Positions 37,237 to 46,572 are shown, counted from the first letter of the stretch. The stretch is DNA of 64,000 nucleotides from an uncultured archaeon (GCA_964400475.1 CAYNTH010000003.1:3283-67282), one strand, 5' to 3'. The notes: generated from the letters alone by a model not told the origin. Made by a program: numbers and translations.

Positions 37237-38025
37237 TCAATATTTTATCAATGTCCCTATTTTTTCACCTAATATGGCCGATTTCAAGTTATTCGGTTTT
37301 AATCCGTTGATTATTTGGCAGGTTACACCCATTTTGGATATCTGCAACAGCTTTTTCACTTTATTTTTCATCCCACCGGTAACGTCCGGTACATCTATTG
37401 AGAAATTAACACCATTTATGTTATCTTTGGTAATAATCTCGATTATATCGGAATTAGGGTTATGTTTAGGGTTCTCCCTAAATATCCCGTCAACATCTGT
37501 TGCCATTATGATTTTATCTGCTTCCCATCTTTCGGCTAATTTAATCGCCAAGTCATCACCCGATATTATTTTGCCGTTAATGTCGTCTCCATACACGGAT
37601 AATATCTTCCCCTCTTCCAGTAACATTTCTGTTATCTCCCATAGATAATCTATATTGAGGTCTTCACCAAAGCTACAACTTTTGGACGGTGATATCGGAA
37701 CAATTGGTAGATTTAATTCCCTGAGCTCTTCAACGAATTTTTCATTTAGATGTCTAACGGATTCGTTTATATCTTCGTGTGGAACACCATGTTCGACTAA
37801 AAAATGACCAAAAGGACCTGCACCATTTATAATGATTAATTCTATATTGTTGGAGCTTAAAGCGTCTTTAATCTCATTACCGAGTCTCTTGACAACCTTT
37901 TTTCTTATGTACCTGTTGGATTTCTTCTTGATTTCTCCTATATCCAGTGGGAAGTCATAAACATCTTTTTCAGTGATTAGCGAGCCGCCTATTTTGATAA
38001 TAATCTTTTGTTTCATTTCATCCAC
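37237..38025 (-). CDS. ipk: Isopentenyl phosphate kinase (amino-acid-kinase fold)
   Basis: IIKIGGSLITEK, INGAGPFGH, ATDVDGIF. Confidence 0.8.
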   Translation of the reverse strand: MDEMKQKIIIKIGGSLITEKDVYDFPLDIGEIKKKSNRYIRKKVVKRLGNEIKDALSSNNIELIIINGAGPFGHFLVEHGVPHEDINESVRHLNEKFVEELRELNLPIVPISPSKSCSFGEDLNIDYLWEITEMLLEEGKILSVYGDDINGKIISGDDLAIKLAERWEADKIIMATDVDGIFRENPKHNPNSDIIEIITKDNINGVNFSIDVPDVTGGMKNKVKKLLQISKMGVTCQIINGLKPNNLKSAILGEKIGTLIKY

Positions 38026-38039
38026 CGAAAATAGAAAAA

Positions 38040-38600
38040 TTAGCGACCTGGTCTTACACCTGCCCCGGTCAATTCGGGTGTTTCATAAGACATTCCCAAT
38101 TCCTTCCGTATAGCATCCACAAATTTGTAAGTCCGTTCCTGTAGTATCTGTATGTATCTCCTTCGAGTTTCCGTGTATATCAATTTGTGATAAGACCATA
38201 CAAATGGCATTCCTATAATCTTTTCAAATTTGTTGTAGAATTTATATTCTGTTGTTATTTCTGGTTTTATTTCCAAATATATCTTTCCATTCGGGTCATT
38301 TGGATCAGAAGGCTGCATACCAAATGCCTTTATCTTTATTTCAAATGTCGTGAATTTATCGAATTTATCGTCGCCGTATTTTAATTTGAAATAAAATTCT
38401 CTAGGATCGGTTGTGATATCCCATTTGAAGCTCTCTTCGAAAATATTTTTACCTTTACCATGGAATATTTTTTTCATCAATCCAGGTAGCATTAGATAAA
38501 TTCTAAAAGGGTTAGGCCCGTTGTATTCTATTTTTACTTTATCTTCGGGCGCAAGTACATAATCGAATATCTTATATGTTTTTTTTGCCTTTTTAGCCAT
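38040..38600 (-). CDS. Uncharacterised protein, paralog A of a tandem pair
   Basis: 186 aa. Shares the ordered blocks (E/S)Y(N/S)GPNP, FKWD, DKF and TEY with 38649..39182. Confidence 0.55.
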   Translation of the reverse strand: MAKKAKKTYKIFDYVLAPEDKVKIEYNGPNPFRIYLMLPGLMKKIFHGKGKNIFEESFKWDITTDPREFYFKLKYGDDKFDKFTTFEIKIKAFGMQPSDPNDPNGKIYLEIKPEITTEYKFYNKFEKIIGMPFVWSYHKLIYTETRRRYIQILQERTYKFVDAIRKELGMSYETPELTGAGVRPGR

Positions 38601-38648
38601 TTATACCAACTAATAATTGGTCTTATCTTAATTTATTTTTAGTAAAGT

Positions 38649-39182
38649 CTAATATCTGGATTTTACAAGTAGATTGAAAAATTCCTTTAGCTCATTTTGG
38701 ATTTGTAAAATCTCATCTCTACACTCCATTATCCATTCGTATCTTTTTTCCCTGTAGAAGAATTTATGATATAATGTTCTAAACATCTCATAGAAGAAGC
38801 TTCTTTCCCATAACGTGTCTTGAGGATATTCCGTTCTTATCATTCCTCCTATAGAAAATTTAACAGACCCCTCCTTTTCGAAATCTTCGCTGGGCTTGAC
38901 AGTTCCACTCATCGAAATTTCGAGATACATATAGCTGAATTTGTCCAAATCTTTTATTATTTCGAAAGATGCCTTGAATTTTTCTTCTGGTTTGGATCTA
39001 TCCCATTTGAATCCTTTTTCTTGTATATTCTCTCTGGGTATATTCAGACTTCTAGTTAGTATATCTATTAATTTAGGATATGCCTTATCTGGATTAGGTC
39101 CGCTATAGCTGAATTCTATTTTCGGACTGTACGTGAGGCAACGGTCTTCAAGTAAAAGTTTTGATCTGGCAAATATAGGCAC
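38649..39182 (-). CDS. Uncharacterised protein, paralog B of a tandem pair
   Basis: 177 aa. See paralog A. Confidence 0.55.
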   Translation of the reverse strand: MPIFARSKLLLEDRCLTYSPKIEFSYSGPNPDKAYPKLIDILTRSLNIPRENIQEKGFKWDRSKPEEKFKASFEIIKDLDKFSYMYLEISMSGTVKPSEDFEKEGSVKFSIGGMIRTEYPQDTLWERSFFYEMFRTLYHKFFYREKRYEWIMECRDEILQIQNELKEFFNLLVKSRY

Positions 39183-39242
39183 TTAATCACACTCTAATAC
39201 ATTTTTTATTAAAACAGCTATTAATATATAATATAGATTAAC

Positions 39243-39401
39243 ATGATCAGAATAATAATCGGTGCTATAGTTTCTTTGTTGGGGCTACTGATGCTTATAT
39301 TCGGTCCGGGGGGTCGGGGACAGATAGATGCCTATGGTAATACAGCCAGGTTGATAGGTTTTATATTGCTGGTTATAGGTGTGTTATTGATTAAATTATA
39401 A
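39243..39401 (+). CDS. Candidate 52-aa two-TM micro-protein
   Basis: Manual translation: MIRIIIGAIVSLLGLLMLIFGPGGRGQIDAYGNTARLIGFILLVIGVLLIKL. Lies directly upstream of the 589-aa ORF. Confidence 0.3.
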   Translation: MIRIIIGAIVSLLGLLMLIFGPGGRGQIDAYGNTARLIGFILLVIGVLLIKL

Positions 39402-39414
39402 TCCAGGTGATTGT

Positions 39415-41184
39415 TTGGGAAGCGCTATATCTACATTGCATAAAAAGAAAGAGGTTAGAGCTGGTCATACACCTGATTGGCCTGTTAGTGAAGGTGCATT
39501 TGCAATAGAGGGCGAGTTATATCATATTTGTCCCCTTAGCGCGAGTAAAAATAATATAAATTTCACATCCTTTCCAGGAAAGTGTAGTGGCACCCTATTT
39601 AGCATGATGTTCTGGTTGGGTAAAGCCGGGTATGATATTTTTAAGATAGACGATGCAATGGAAGTATCACCGTTGGATGCAAAATATTACCAGATTACCA
39701 TACAGCAAAAACAAGCATTGGAAAGACAGATAAAAGAGGGGTTGGCCGGTATATCATCTGCTATAAGCGATTTCGAACTGTTGTTCCATGATCTGCGCCA
39801 GTATAAGGATTTCCTAGATTATTTTAGGGACCGGGATTTGGCAATCAGGACCGATAATGATGAATTGAAGGAAAAAACCGAACAGAGCCTGAAATCCATA
39901 TTCATAGATCAGGTGGATGTTCATACTGGCGAAGGCGTGGCATTAAAATTGATTGCGCCCAGATGGCCTACAATAATATCGGATTTCATGAAATTGGACG
40001 ATGTGGATGTTTCGCCAGAGAAGATATCCAATAAATACAGAGTTTCCGAAGCGGAAGGGGTTGTTTTGGCAACAAAAAATAAACTTTATCAGGAATGGAG
40101 AGATAGTTTTGAGAAGGTCGTGAAAGAGAGGTATAATAGAATATTAAGCCAGGTAAAAGCACGTAAATTCTCTATAGACGAGTACAAGAAGATGCTGAAA
40201 CCTTATGTTGAAAGATACCAGTCAATACATGAAGCTACGAGAGAACGAAGTGGTAGGAGCAAGTTGAGACAATTATCTTGGTTGAAGCCTGGTGCACAAG
40301 CGTCGTCTTTTGATTGGTCGACAATATGGGCATTTAAGACATTGGGCAGAGCTGAGCCAGACAGACTTTCATATGAAGCACCTAGTGGAAAAGAAAATAT
40401 ACTTAAAATTCCCTTTTGTTCAAGTTTCAAGAACGTTATAAAAAAGAATATTGACTATTTGAAAAATGAAGGATTGGGTGAGTTAAAACTTTCATCAACA
40501 GGTATAGAACCGTTTGATAAATGGGTATGGGCGCTCTACAAATACATAGAAGATTACTATACCGATAAATATGGATTTACGATAAGATTTAGCTTGAAAG
40601 AACTTCTAGACATCCGGAATGATTTTATATCTGGATGGGGCGGCGAAGTCGAACCTTATTACAAATGTTTTGATATAGGAGTTGACAGAGTTATCATAAG
40701 ATTGCCCGATGGTACCGAATTGGAGGATATGACATTTGATCCTCTTTATTGTTTTTTTGAAACACAGAATATGATGCTTTTACGCCTTATAGAGGTTAAG
40801 GCAAAGGATAAAGCGATGGAGAGATATTTGGATGAAATGATTGGAGATACTACAAAAAATAAGAAAATGGATGAGTTGGTAGAAGAATACGAAAAATTAT
40901 TCGGTGAATACGGTTCGAATTCTACACTGGAAAAAGATTATGGTGTTGCCAGCGGACAGTATTTGAGAAATGAGCGAGAAAAAGCACAGTCTCAGGTTAT
41001 GAAGGAAGTCACACAGATGAGTAAACCATACAAAATTATCAAGAAGGGCGATTATGAACCCAGATTCGACGATGTTATAACTGGTCCTTATTTTACGGAT
41101 GTCGGCGGTACCAATGTAAAGCTGTGGAACTTTTTGAAAGCCAAGTTCGATGTGCCGGGTTTCGGGATTAAAGGTTTGAAGTGA
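39415..41184 (+). CDS. Large uncharacterised protein (589 aa)
   Basis: Long ORF with a TTG start 4 nt after CCAGGTGA. No P-loop, TM segment or metal-cluster motif recognised. The stop abuts the next ORF. Confidence 0.6.
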   Translation: MGSAISTLHKKKEVRAGHTPDWPVSEGAFAIEGELYHICPLSASKNNINFTSFPGKCSGTLFSMMFWLGKAGYDIFKIDDAMEVSPLDAKYYQITIQQKQALERQIKEGLAGISSAISDFELLFHDLRQYKDFLDYFRDRDLAIRTDNDELKEKTEQSLKSIFIDQVDVHTGEGVALKLIAPRWPTIISDFMKLDDVDVSPEKISNKYRVSEAEGVVLATKNKLYQEWRDSFEKVVKERYNRILSQVKARKFSIDEYKKMLKPYVERYQSIHEATRERSGRSKLRQLSWLKPGAQASSFDWSTIWAFKTLGRAEPDRLSYEAPSGKENILKIPFCSSFKNVIKKNIDYLKNEGLGELKLSSTGIEPFDKWVWALYKYIEDYYTDKYGFTIRFSLKELLDIRNDFISGWGGEVEPYYKCFDIGVDRVIIRLPDGTELEDMTFDPLYCFFETQNMMLLRLIEVKAKDKAMERYLDEMIGDTTKNKKMDELVEEYEKLFGEYGSNSTLEKDYGVASGQYLRNEREKAQSQVMKEVTQMSKPYKIIKKGDYEPRFDDVITGPYFTDVGGTNVKLWNFLKAKFDVPGFGIKGLK

Positions 41185-41196
41185 TTGGTGTTATTT

Positions 41197-43098
41197 ATGA
41201 CAGATGATAAATTGAAATTCAGTGTTGGGGTGTCCAGTGGAATATATGGTGCTGCACGTTCACCCGAATTGGGTTCTATAGTACGTAAACTGGGGTTTTC
41301 GCTTACACGCGGGACGAAGTCAATAGAATTGGCCGGTGATGTTCCTCATGAAATAGATTATACCCAGGGAAATGAACTCAGATACATCGCTGAAAAACAG
41401 AATTTGACATTGCTGTTTCATGGTTCGTTGACAGTACATATGTGCATGCCGGAACGGGGGTCATGGAGGGATGCACAGAATCATATTGAGAAGTCTGTAA
41501 AATCTGCTGTTATGGGTGGCTGTAAATATGTCAATTTCCATTCTTGTCTAAACTATTGGCTGGAGATGATAACATATGCCGGACGCAAACTCTCGCTTTC
41601 ATTTTGTGATCATGAAGGTAAATTTATTTCTGATATATTATATGAAAATGAGTATCTGAGAGAGTGGTTTATTGATGAGAAAGGAATGGACTATTTAAGG
41701 GATATTCTTCCTCGAGAAACGATTAGTGAAGCCAGTTCGAGAGCAAGTGCAAGTGCTAGTGAATGGAGGAGTGAAGAAATCAGAAATAGGTTGCTCGGTA
41801 TTGGTTTGACACAAGACCAGATAGAACGTATAATAAATCAAGGATTCTTTCCAGAGGGAAGAGAGGAAGAAGTTAGAAGTATAATATCGAAAGTGAATGA
41901 AGAATATGCTGGTATAACTTCAAAATATGAAGTGAGAGAACTCAAGGCTGAAATTAGGAAGAAGCTTGGGAATCCAGATGAATCTGAAAGAGAATGGGAG
42001 AGCAACGAGTTACGGGCTGTTGTGGGCGTTATAGATGGATATCATATTATTGCTCATTATTTGTACTATGAGAATGATCCTATATGGAAAATAATGTATG
42101 AGATGTACAAAGACGTGATTGAGGGCGAATACGTTGAACTGGAATATTTAAAGAAAGGCAGAACTTACAAATATGGGTCATTTTCATCTGCTGATCCAAG
42201 GGATGTAGATTATTGGCTTGATGCTGCATGGGAGAAAGCCGAGAAATACAATGATCGAGAATTTAAAGAATTTTATTATTCTGTTTGCGCCGCCAAGTTC
42301 ATAGAGGGACATATGAAGAAAACAATCAAATGGGTTGAGGGTGAGGGTCCGAATAGTTTGATGTCGGAGATAAAAAGGGTTGTTAAAGATGAAGATGAAC
42401 AAGAAAAACTGAAAAAAATAGCAGACGAGCTTAAAATCACTCTGGAAATACCCGATGCGAGATCTCCCGAATATGCAGGTCTTTATTTAATTTGTAGGCC
42501 TAAACAGATATACGCTTCTGTTAAAGCATTGAGAAAAAAAATGAATACAGATAAGGTTTCTATATTAATAGATTTTGAACATATTGCAACTCAAGGATTT
42601 GATCCCTTGCACGAAATAAGAGAATTTGTGAAGCTTGCACCCGATGCTGGTAAATACATATTATCTTTGCATGTAACAAAACCTACCCCATTGCATCATC
42701 ACATACAAGTTGAGATAGGTGATGTTGAAGTTTACAAACTTTTATGGGAACTTGTTGATAAAGCGGAGCTAGGTAAACACCACTTGACTTATCTGATATA
42801 TGAGAGAGGGGGCGAACGAGATCCGTACAAACAGAGTGTAACAGCATTGAAATTGATGGTCGACCAGTTGAATAAAAGAACTCCTCCAGATGAATTAATT
42901 GCAAAACCAGAATTTTTCGGTGTTGCTGGCCCAACATTAGGTTCAGAAGAGAGGCAAAGGGTTATAATATCAGAACATACAGAGGATCCACTGGAAGGCC
43001 TGTTGATTACTACAGAGGAAAGCCATACATTCCTGGGAAGGGCCGCCACTTCTAAGGGGTCCACCCCAGATAAATGGAAAAAGGAGGAGCTCAAATAA
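41197..43098 (+). CDS. Xylose-isomerase/endonuclease-IV-like TIM-barrel protein with a large internal insertion
   Basis: N-terminal part: SVGVSSGIYG...IELAGD...LLFHGS...KYVNFHSC. C-terminal part: ILIDFEHIATQG...LSLHVTKP...LIYERGG. The ATG at 41197 is preferred over the track TTG at 41185. Confidence 0.55.
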   Translation: MTDDKLKFSVGVSSGIYGAARSPELGSIVRKLGFSLTRGTKSIELAGDVPHEIDYTQGNELRYIAEKQNLTLLFHGSLTVHMCMPERGSWRDAQNHIEKSVKSAVMGGCKYVNFHSCLNYWLEMITYAGRKLSLSFCDHEGKFISDILYENEYLREWFIDEKGMDYLRDILPRETISEASSRASASASEWRSEEIRNRLLGIGLTQDQIERIINQGFFPEGREEEVRSIISKVNEEYAGITSKYEVRELKAEIRKKLGNPDESEREWESNELRAVVGVIDGYHIIAHYLYYENDPIWKIMYEMYKDVIEGEYVELEYLKKGRTYKYGSFSSADPRDVDYWLDAAWEKAEKYNDREFKEFYYSVCAAKFIEGHMKKTIKWVEGEGPNSLMSEIKRVVKDEDEQEKLKKIADELKITLEIPDARSPEYAGLYLICRPKQIYASVKALRKKMNTDKVSILIDFEHIATQGFDPLHEIREFVKLAPDAGKYILSLHVTKPTPLHHHIQVEIGDVEVYKLLWELVDKAELGKHHLTYLIYERGGERDPYKQSVTALKLMVDQLNKRTPPDELIAKPEFFGVAGPTLGSEERQRVIISEHTEDPLEGLLITTEESHTFLGRAATSKGSTPDKWKKEELK

Positions 43099-43146
43099 AT
43101 CACTACTGATAAGTGATGGATATCTTTAAATAACAAGTCCCAATAA

Positions 43147-44019
43147 ATGATATATATGTCCCCAAAGAAATCGAATTCTAGCAAAGATCTTGAAGAATTA
43201 GAAAAGGAACTAGGAGAAGCAAGTTTAGCAGTTAGTGAAAACGATTTCGACAGCGATTCCAAGAGAGAAATAATTAAGAAAGTGATAAAGTTCACCAAGG
43301 TATCTAAAAAACAATATGGCGATATTGTGAAATCTGTTCTTATATTTGGATCAGCTGCCAGGGATAAGATGAAAAAGAACTCTGATATAGATGTATGGGT
43401 TGTGTTGGACGATACTGCTGCAAAAAGCACATCCGATTTCGATAAGGTCAATAAGCATCTTCACCTCATAGCACATCAGCTCGAGGATTTGCACATACAA
43501 ACGACTAAACTGACTCAGTTTTGGAAATGGATGAAGATGGGTAGTCCAGAACTTGTTAATTTTTTGAGATATAGCCTGCCGATATATGACACGGGATTCA
43601 TTAAACCAATAAAGAGGATGCTTGAGATGGGGTTATTGCCTCCAAGTGATGAGACTATAAAATTGAAAGCTAAGTCTTCCCAGGCTAGGATGAAAAAGAT
43701 AGAACTTGATATAAAATCTATGGTGTTTGAATTGAGATACTCTACTTTGGATATTTGTCAGTCAGTTGCCATGAGTGTATATAAAGAACAGCCGGATGCC
43801 AAAGCAGTGCCAAATTTCCTGAAGAAATTGGTAAAGGATGGTAAGCTCGATAAGAAATATGTTAAGAAGTTCAAGGAGTTGAATAAATTGTGGAAAGATA
43901 TCGATCACAAGAAGGTAAAGGAAATAGATGTTGAATACTTGAAAAACGCGATGGAACTGGCAAGGGATATACAGAAGAAGATGATGGAGCTTTTGCCCAA
44001 AGAGGTTGTAAGCGAATAA
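43147..44019 (+). CDS. Nucleotidyltransferase (MNT-type) fused to a helical HEPN-like domain with a degenerate Rx4H
   Basis: LIFGSAARDKMKKNSDIDVWVVLDD. At the position where the paralog has RKKIEH, the C-terminal helical region reads WKDIDH. Confidence 0.65.
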   Translation: MIYMSPKKSNSSKDLEELEKELGEASLAVSENDFDSDSKREIIKKVIKFTKVSKKQYGDIVKSVLIFGSAARDKMKKNSDIDVWVVLDDTAAKSTSDFDKVNKHLHLIAHQLEDLHIQTTKLTQFWKWMKMGSPELVNFLRYSLPIYDTGFIKPIKRMLEMGLLPPSDETIKLKAKSSQARMKKIELDIKSMVFELRYSTLDICQSVAMSVYKEQPDAKAVPNFLKKLVKDGKLDKKYVKKFKELNKLWKDIDHKKVKEIDVEYLKNAMELARDIQKKMMELLPKEVVSE

Positions 44020-44031
44020 TTTAGTGATATT

Positions 44032-45219
44032 ATGGCAAAGAAAAAGAAATCCAAGAAAAAGAAGAAAAAAGGTCTTAAGACAAAGAAGGCTCGGATGAAA
44101 GAAGTTAAAAAATTCAAAGAGAAAGTTCTGGATAAATACGGGGAAATCGTTAAAACTATCGTAGTGATGGGTTCCGTTGCTAGGGAGGAATTCAAACCAG
44201 AAAGTGATATAGATGTTTTTGTTGTTATAGACGATACTAAAGAGAAACTATCTAAACAAAAACACGATGAGATAAACGCTACTCTGGAGAGAATGGCCAA
44301 GGATATATCGAAGTCAGGTGTTTTGTCGATACAGCCAACTTATACACTGACCGAGTTTTGGAATTATGCCAGGGTCGGACATCCGATAATATACAATTTT
44401 ATCAAGGAGGGTGTTCCGGTATACGATGTCGGATTCTTTATGCCCATTAAAAGGTTGTTGAACATGGGCAAGATACCTTCCACGCGCGAAGCCATAGAGA
44501 GCTATATGGAAGGTGCGCCAAAGAAATTGATGAGAGCGAAGACGGTGAAGTTACTGATGTTGGCAGAGGATTGTTATTATGCTATGTTGAATACTACTCA
44601 GGCAGTCCTGATGTTCATGGGAGTCGAGCCGCCAGTCCCGAGCAAGGCGCATAAAGCTGTTCAGAAATATCTGATCGAACCCAAAATACTTGATGAGAAG
44701 TACGCTGATTGGTTGAAGGATATTATCGAACTACGGAAGAAAATAGAGCACAAGGAAATAATGGATGTAGAGGGTAGTTATGTGGATGAATGGTTGGGCC
44801 GGGCCGAGAAATATGTGGAGAAAATGTTCAATCTTTTGGGGGCATTGGAATTGCGTAAAAAGGAAAAAGTGCTTCAGAGAACACACGACGTCATGTATAA
44901 GGCGGCTATAACCGCGTTGAAGAGTTTGAAGAAGGAACCTGAGAAGGAATCAGAAATTCCAATCCAGTTCAGAAAAGAATTTATAAAAACCGATCTCATA
45001 GAGGGATATTATTGGGATATATGGGAACGGATTGAAAAGATGAAGGAAACCGTCGATGAAGATAAAAAGAATATAAAGGATATACCAGAGAAAGACGTTT
45101 ATCAGATGCGTGAGTACGTAAGGAAGATGATACGTGATTTAGCCAAGGCACTTAAGAAAAATGGTATAGAAAATACTGTTGACACTTTGCCTGATAATAA
45201 AAAGAAAAAAGAAGATTAA
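44032..45219 (+). CDS. Nucleotidyltransferase (MNT-type) fused to a HEPN-like domain (Rx4H present)
   Basis: Lys-rich N-terminus, VVMGSVAREEFKPESDIDVFVVIDD, then a helical domain with ELRKKIEHKE (R-x4-H). Confidence 0.65.
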   Translation: MAKKKKSKKKKKKGLKTKKARMKEVKKFKEKVLDKYGEIVKTIVVMGSVAREEFKPESDIDVFVVIDDTKEKLSKQKHDEINATLERMAKDISKSGVLSIQPTYTLTEFWNYARVGHPIIYNFIKEGVPVYDVGFFMPIKRLLNMGKIPSTREAIESYMEGAPKKLMRAKTVKLLMLAEDCYYAMLNTTQAVLMFMGVEPPVPSKAHKAVQKYLIEPKILDEKYADWLKDIIELRKKIEHKEIMDVEGSYVDEWLGRAEKYVEKMFNLLGALELRKKEKVLQRTHDVMYKAAITALKSLKKEPEKESEIPIQFRKEFIKTDLIEGYYWDIWERIEKMKETVDEDKKNIKDIPEKDVYQMREYVRKMIRDLAKALKKNGIENTVDTLPDNKKKKED

Positions 45220-46394
45220 TCTTCTTTAGATTTGTTTTCGACTTCTTCTTCTATACCGAGTCTATCTATCATTTCTTTGTATCTGTTCCTGATGGTGACT
45301 TCTGTTACACCCACTATATCAGCGACCTCTCTTTGTGTCCTCTTCTCTCCTTCAAGAACACACGCTACATATATGGCAGCCGCTGCGACTCCTGTAGGTC
45401 CTTTACCCGAAGTTATGTCGAATTTTTTGGCCTTTTTCAAAATTTCTATTGCTTTTGCTTGGACCTTATCACTCAGCTTCAACATAGAACAGAATCTTGG
45501 AACATAATCTGCTGGATCTGCCGGCAATATTCTTATATTAAGTTCCCTTGCAACATACCGATATGTCCTCCCGATTTCCCTTTTATCAACACCGCTAGCT
45601 TTCGATATCTCTTCTAGGGTTCTCGGCGAACCGAATTCTCGACTAATCGCATATGTCAATGCAGCGACCACAGATTCTATACTCCTACCTCTGACCAATC
45701 CCTTGTTAACAGCTTGTTCGTAATATCTGGCTATCCTCTCGTGCACAGGTCTGGGTAAATTCAAAAATGAGACTATCCTCTGTAGTTCGGATAATGCAAA
45801 TGACAAATTTCTATCCTTGGATTTTATTAGTCTTTTGTGCCATTTTGTGAGTCTATAATATTGTGCCCTCTTCTTAGCAGGTACCTTGTACAATTCTCCA
45901 AGGCCTTTGCCTATTTCAGTTGTCAATCCCTTGTCATGTTTTGTAAATGTCAACGGGGCACCTCCTCTCGCACGCCTCTTCATTTGCTCACTGTCGAATG
46001 CCCTCCATTCTTGCCCAGTGTCAACTATTTCTTCTTTGATAATTGCTCCGCATTTAGCACAGTATCTCTCTGCTCTGGAAGAATCCTCTATGAATTTTGT
46101 GCCACCGCACTCTGGACAGGCACCTGACTTTGTTTTAGAAGTTTTAGCTTTTTTCATAGCTTTCTTTTTGGGTTTCTTTCCTTTTTTACTTTTTCTTTTC
46201 TTGCCTTTCAGCTTTTCCGCTCTTTTCTGATATTTTTTAGCAGTTTCAACAGAAACGTTTAATTTGTCTGCGAGTGTTTCTGGATTCAATCTCAATAAAC
46301 TCTTGACAGTGGTCACCCTGCTCTTTTTCAGAACTTTGGCACTCTTCTTCCCTATTCCCTTAACCTTTGTAACTGGTATTCTTTTCTTAGCCAT
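45216..46394 (-). CDS. tfb: Transcription factor B (TFIIB homolog) with an N-terminal HhH module and Lys-rich linker
   Basis: Zn ribbon CPECGGTKFIEDSSRAERYCAKCG, B-reader/linker and two cyclin repeats. It is preceded by MAKKRIPVTKVKGIGKKSAKVLKK... and KGKKRKSKKGKKPKKK. The track ORF extends to 46430; ATG 46394 is preferred. Confidence 0.9.
   Translation of the reverse strand: MAKKRIPVTKVKGIGKKSAKVLKKSRVTTVKSLLRLNPETLADKLNVSVETAKKYQKRAEKLKGKKRKSKKGKKPKKKAMKKAKTSKTKSGACPECGGTKFIEDSSRAERYCAKCGAIIKEEIVDTGQEWRAFDSEQMKRRARGGAPLTFTKHDKGLTTEIGKGLGELYKVPAKKRAQYYRLTKWHKRLIKSKDRNLSFALSELQRIVSFLNLPRPVHERIARYYEQAVNKGLVRGRSIESVVAALTYAISREFGSPRTLEEISKASGVDKREIGRTYRYVARELNIRILPADPADYVPRFCSMLKLSDKVQAKAIEILKKAKKFDITSGKGPTGVAAAAIYVACVLEGEKRTQREVADIVGVTEVTIRNRYKEMIDRLGIEEEVENKSKED
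46212..46379 (-). repeat. HhH-module repeat copy 2 (5' end of tfb)
   Basis: Encodes IPVTKVKGIGKKSAKVLKKSRVTTVKSLLRLNPETLADKLNVSVETAKKYQKRAEK. Closely matches 14988..15179. Confidence 0.85.
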
Positions 46395-46572
46395 GATAAT
46401 CACATTTTTTGTTACTTCAAAGTGAAACAAAATTTCAAACTTATTTAACTATATACCAAAAGCTATTTAAATGTTTCTATATTTACAAGAATTTTGCATT
46501 CTGTTTTGGGTGTTCTGGGAAAAACAAAGAAATAAAACTATCCAGTCATAATTTTATTAAAGGTGTAATTTT

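Noticed and set aside
42789-43451. 220-aa minus-strand ORF spanning the junction of the TIM-barrel and first NTase genes.
   Set aside because: It is an antisense shadow. The plus-strand ORFs have recognisable NTase and TIM-barrel motifs and consistent operon spacing.
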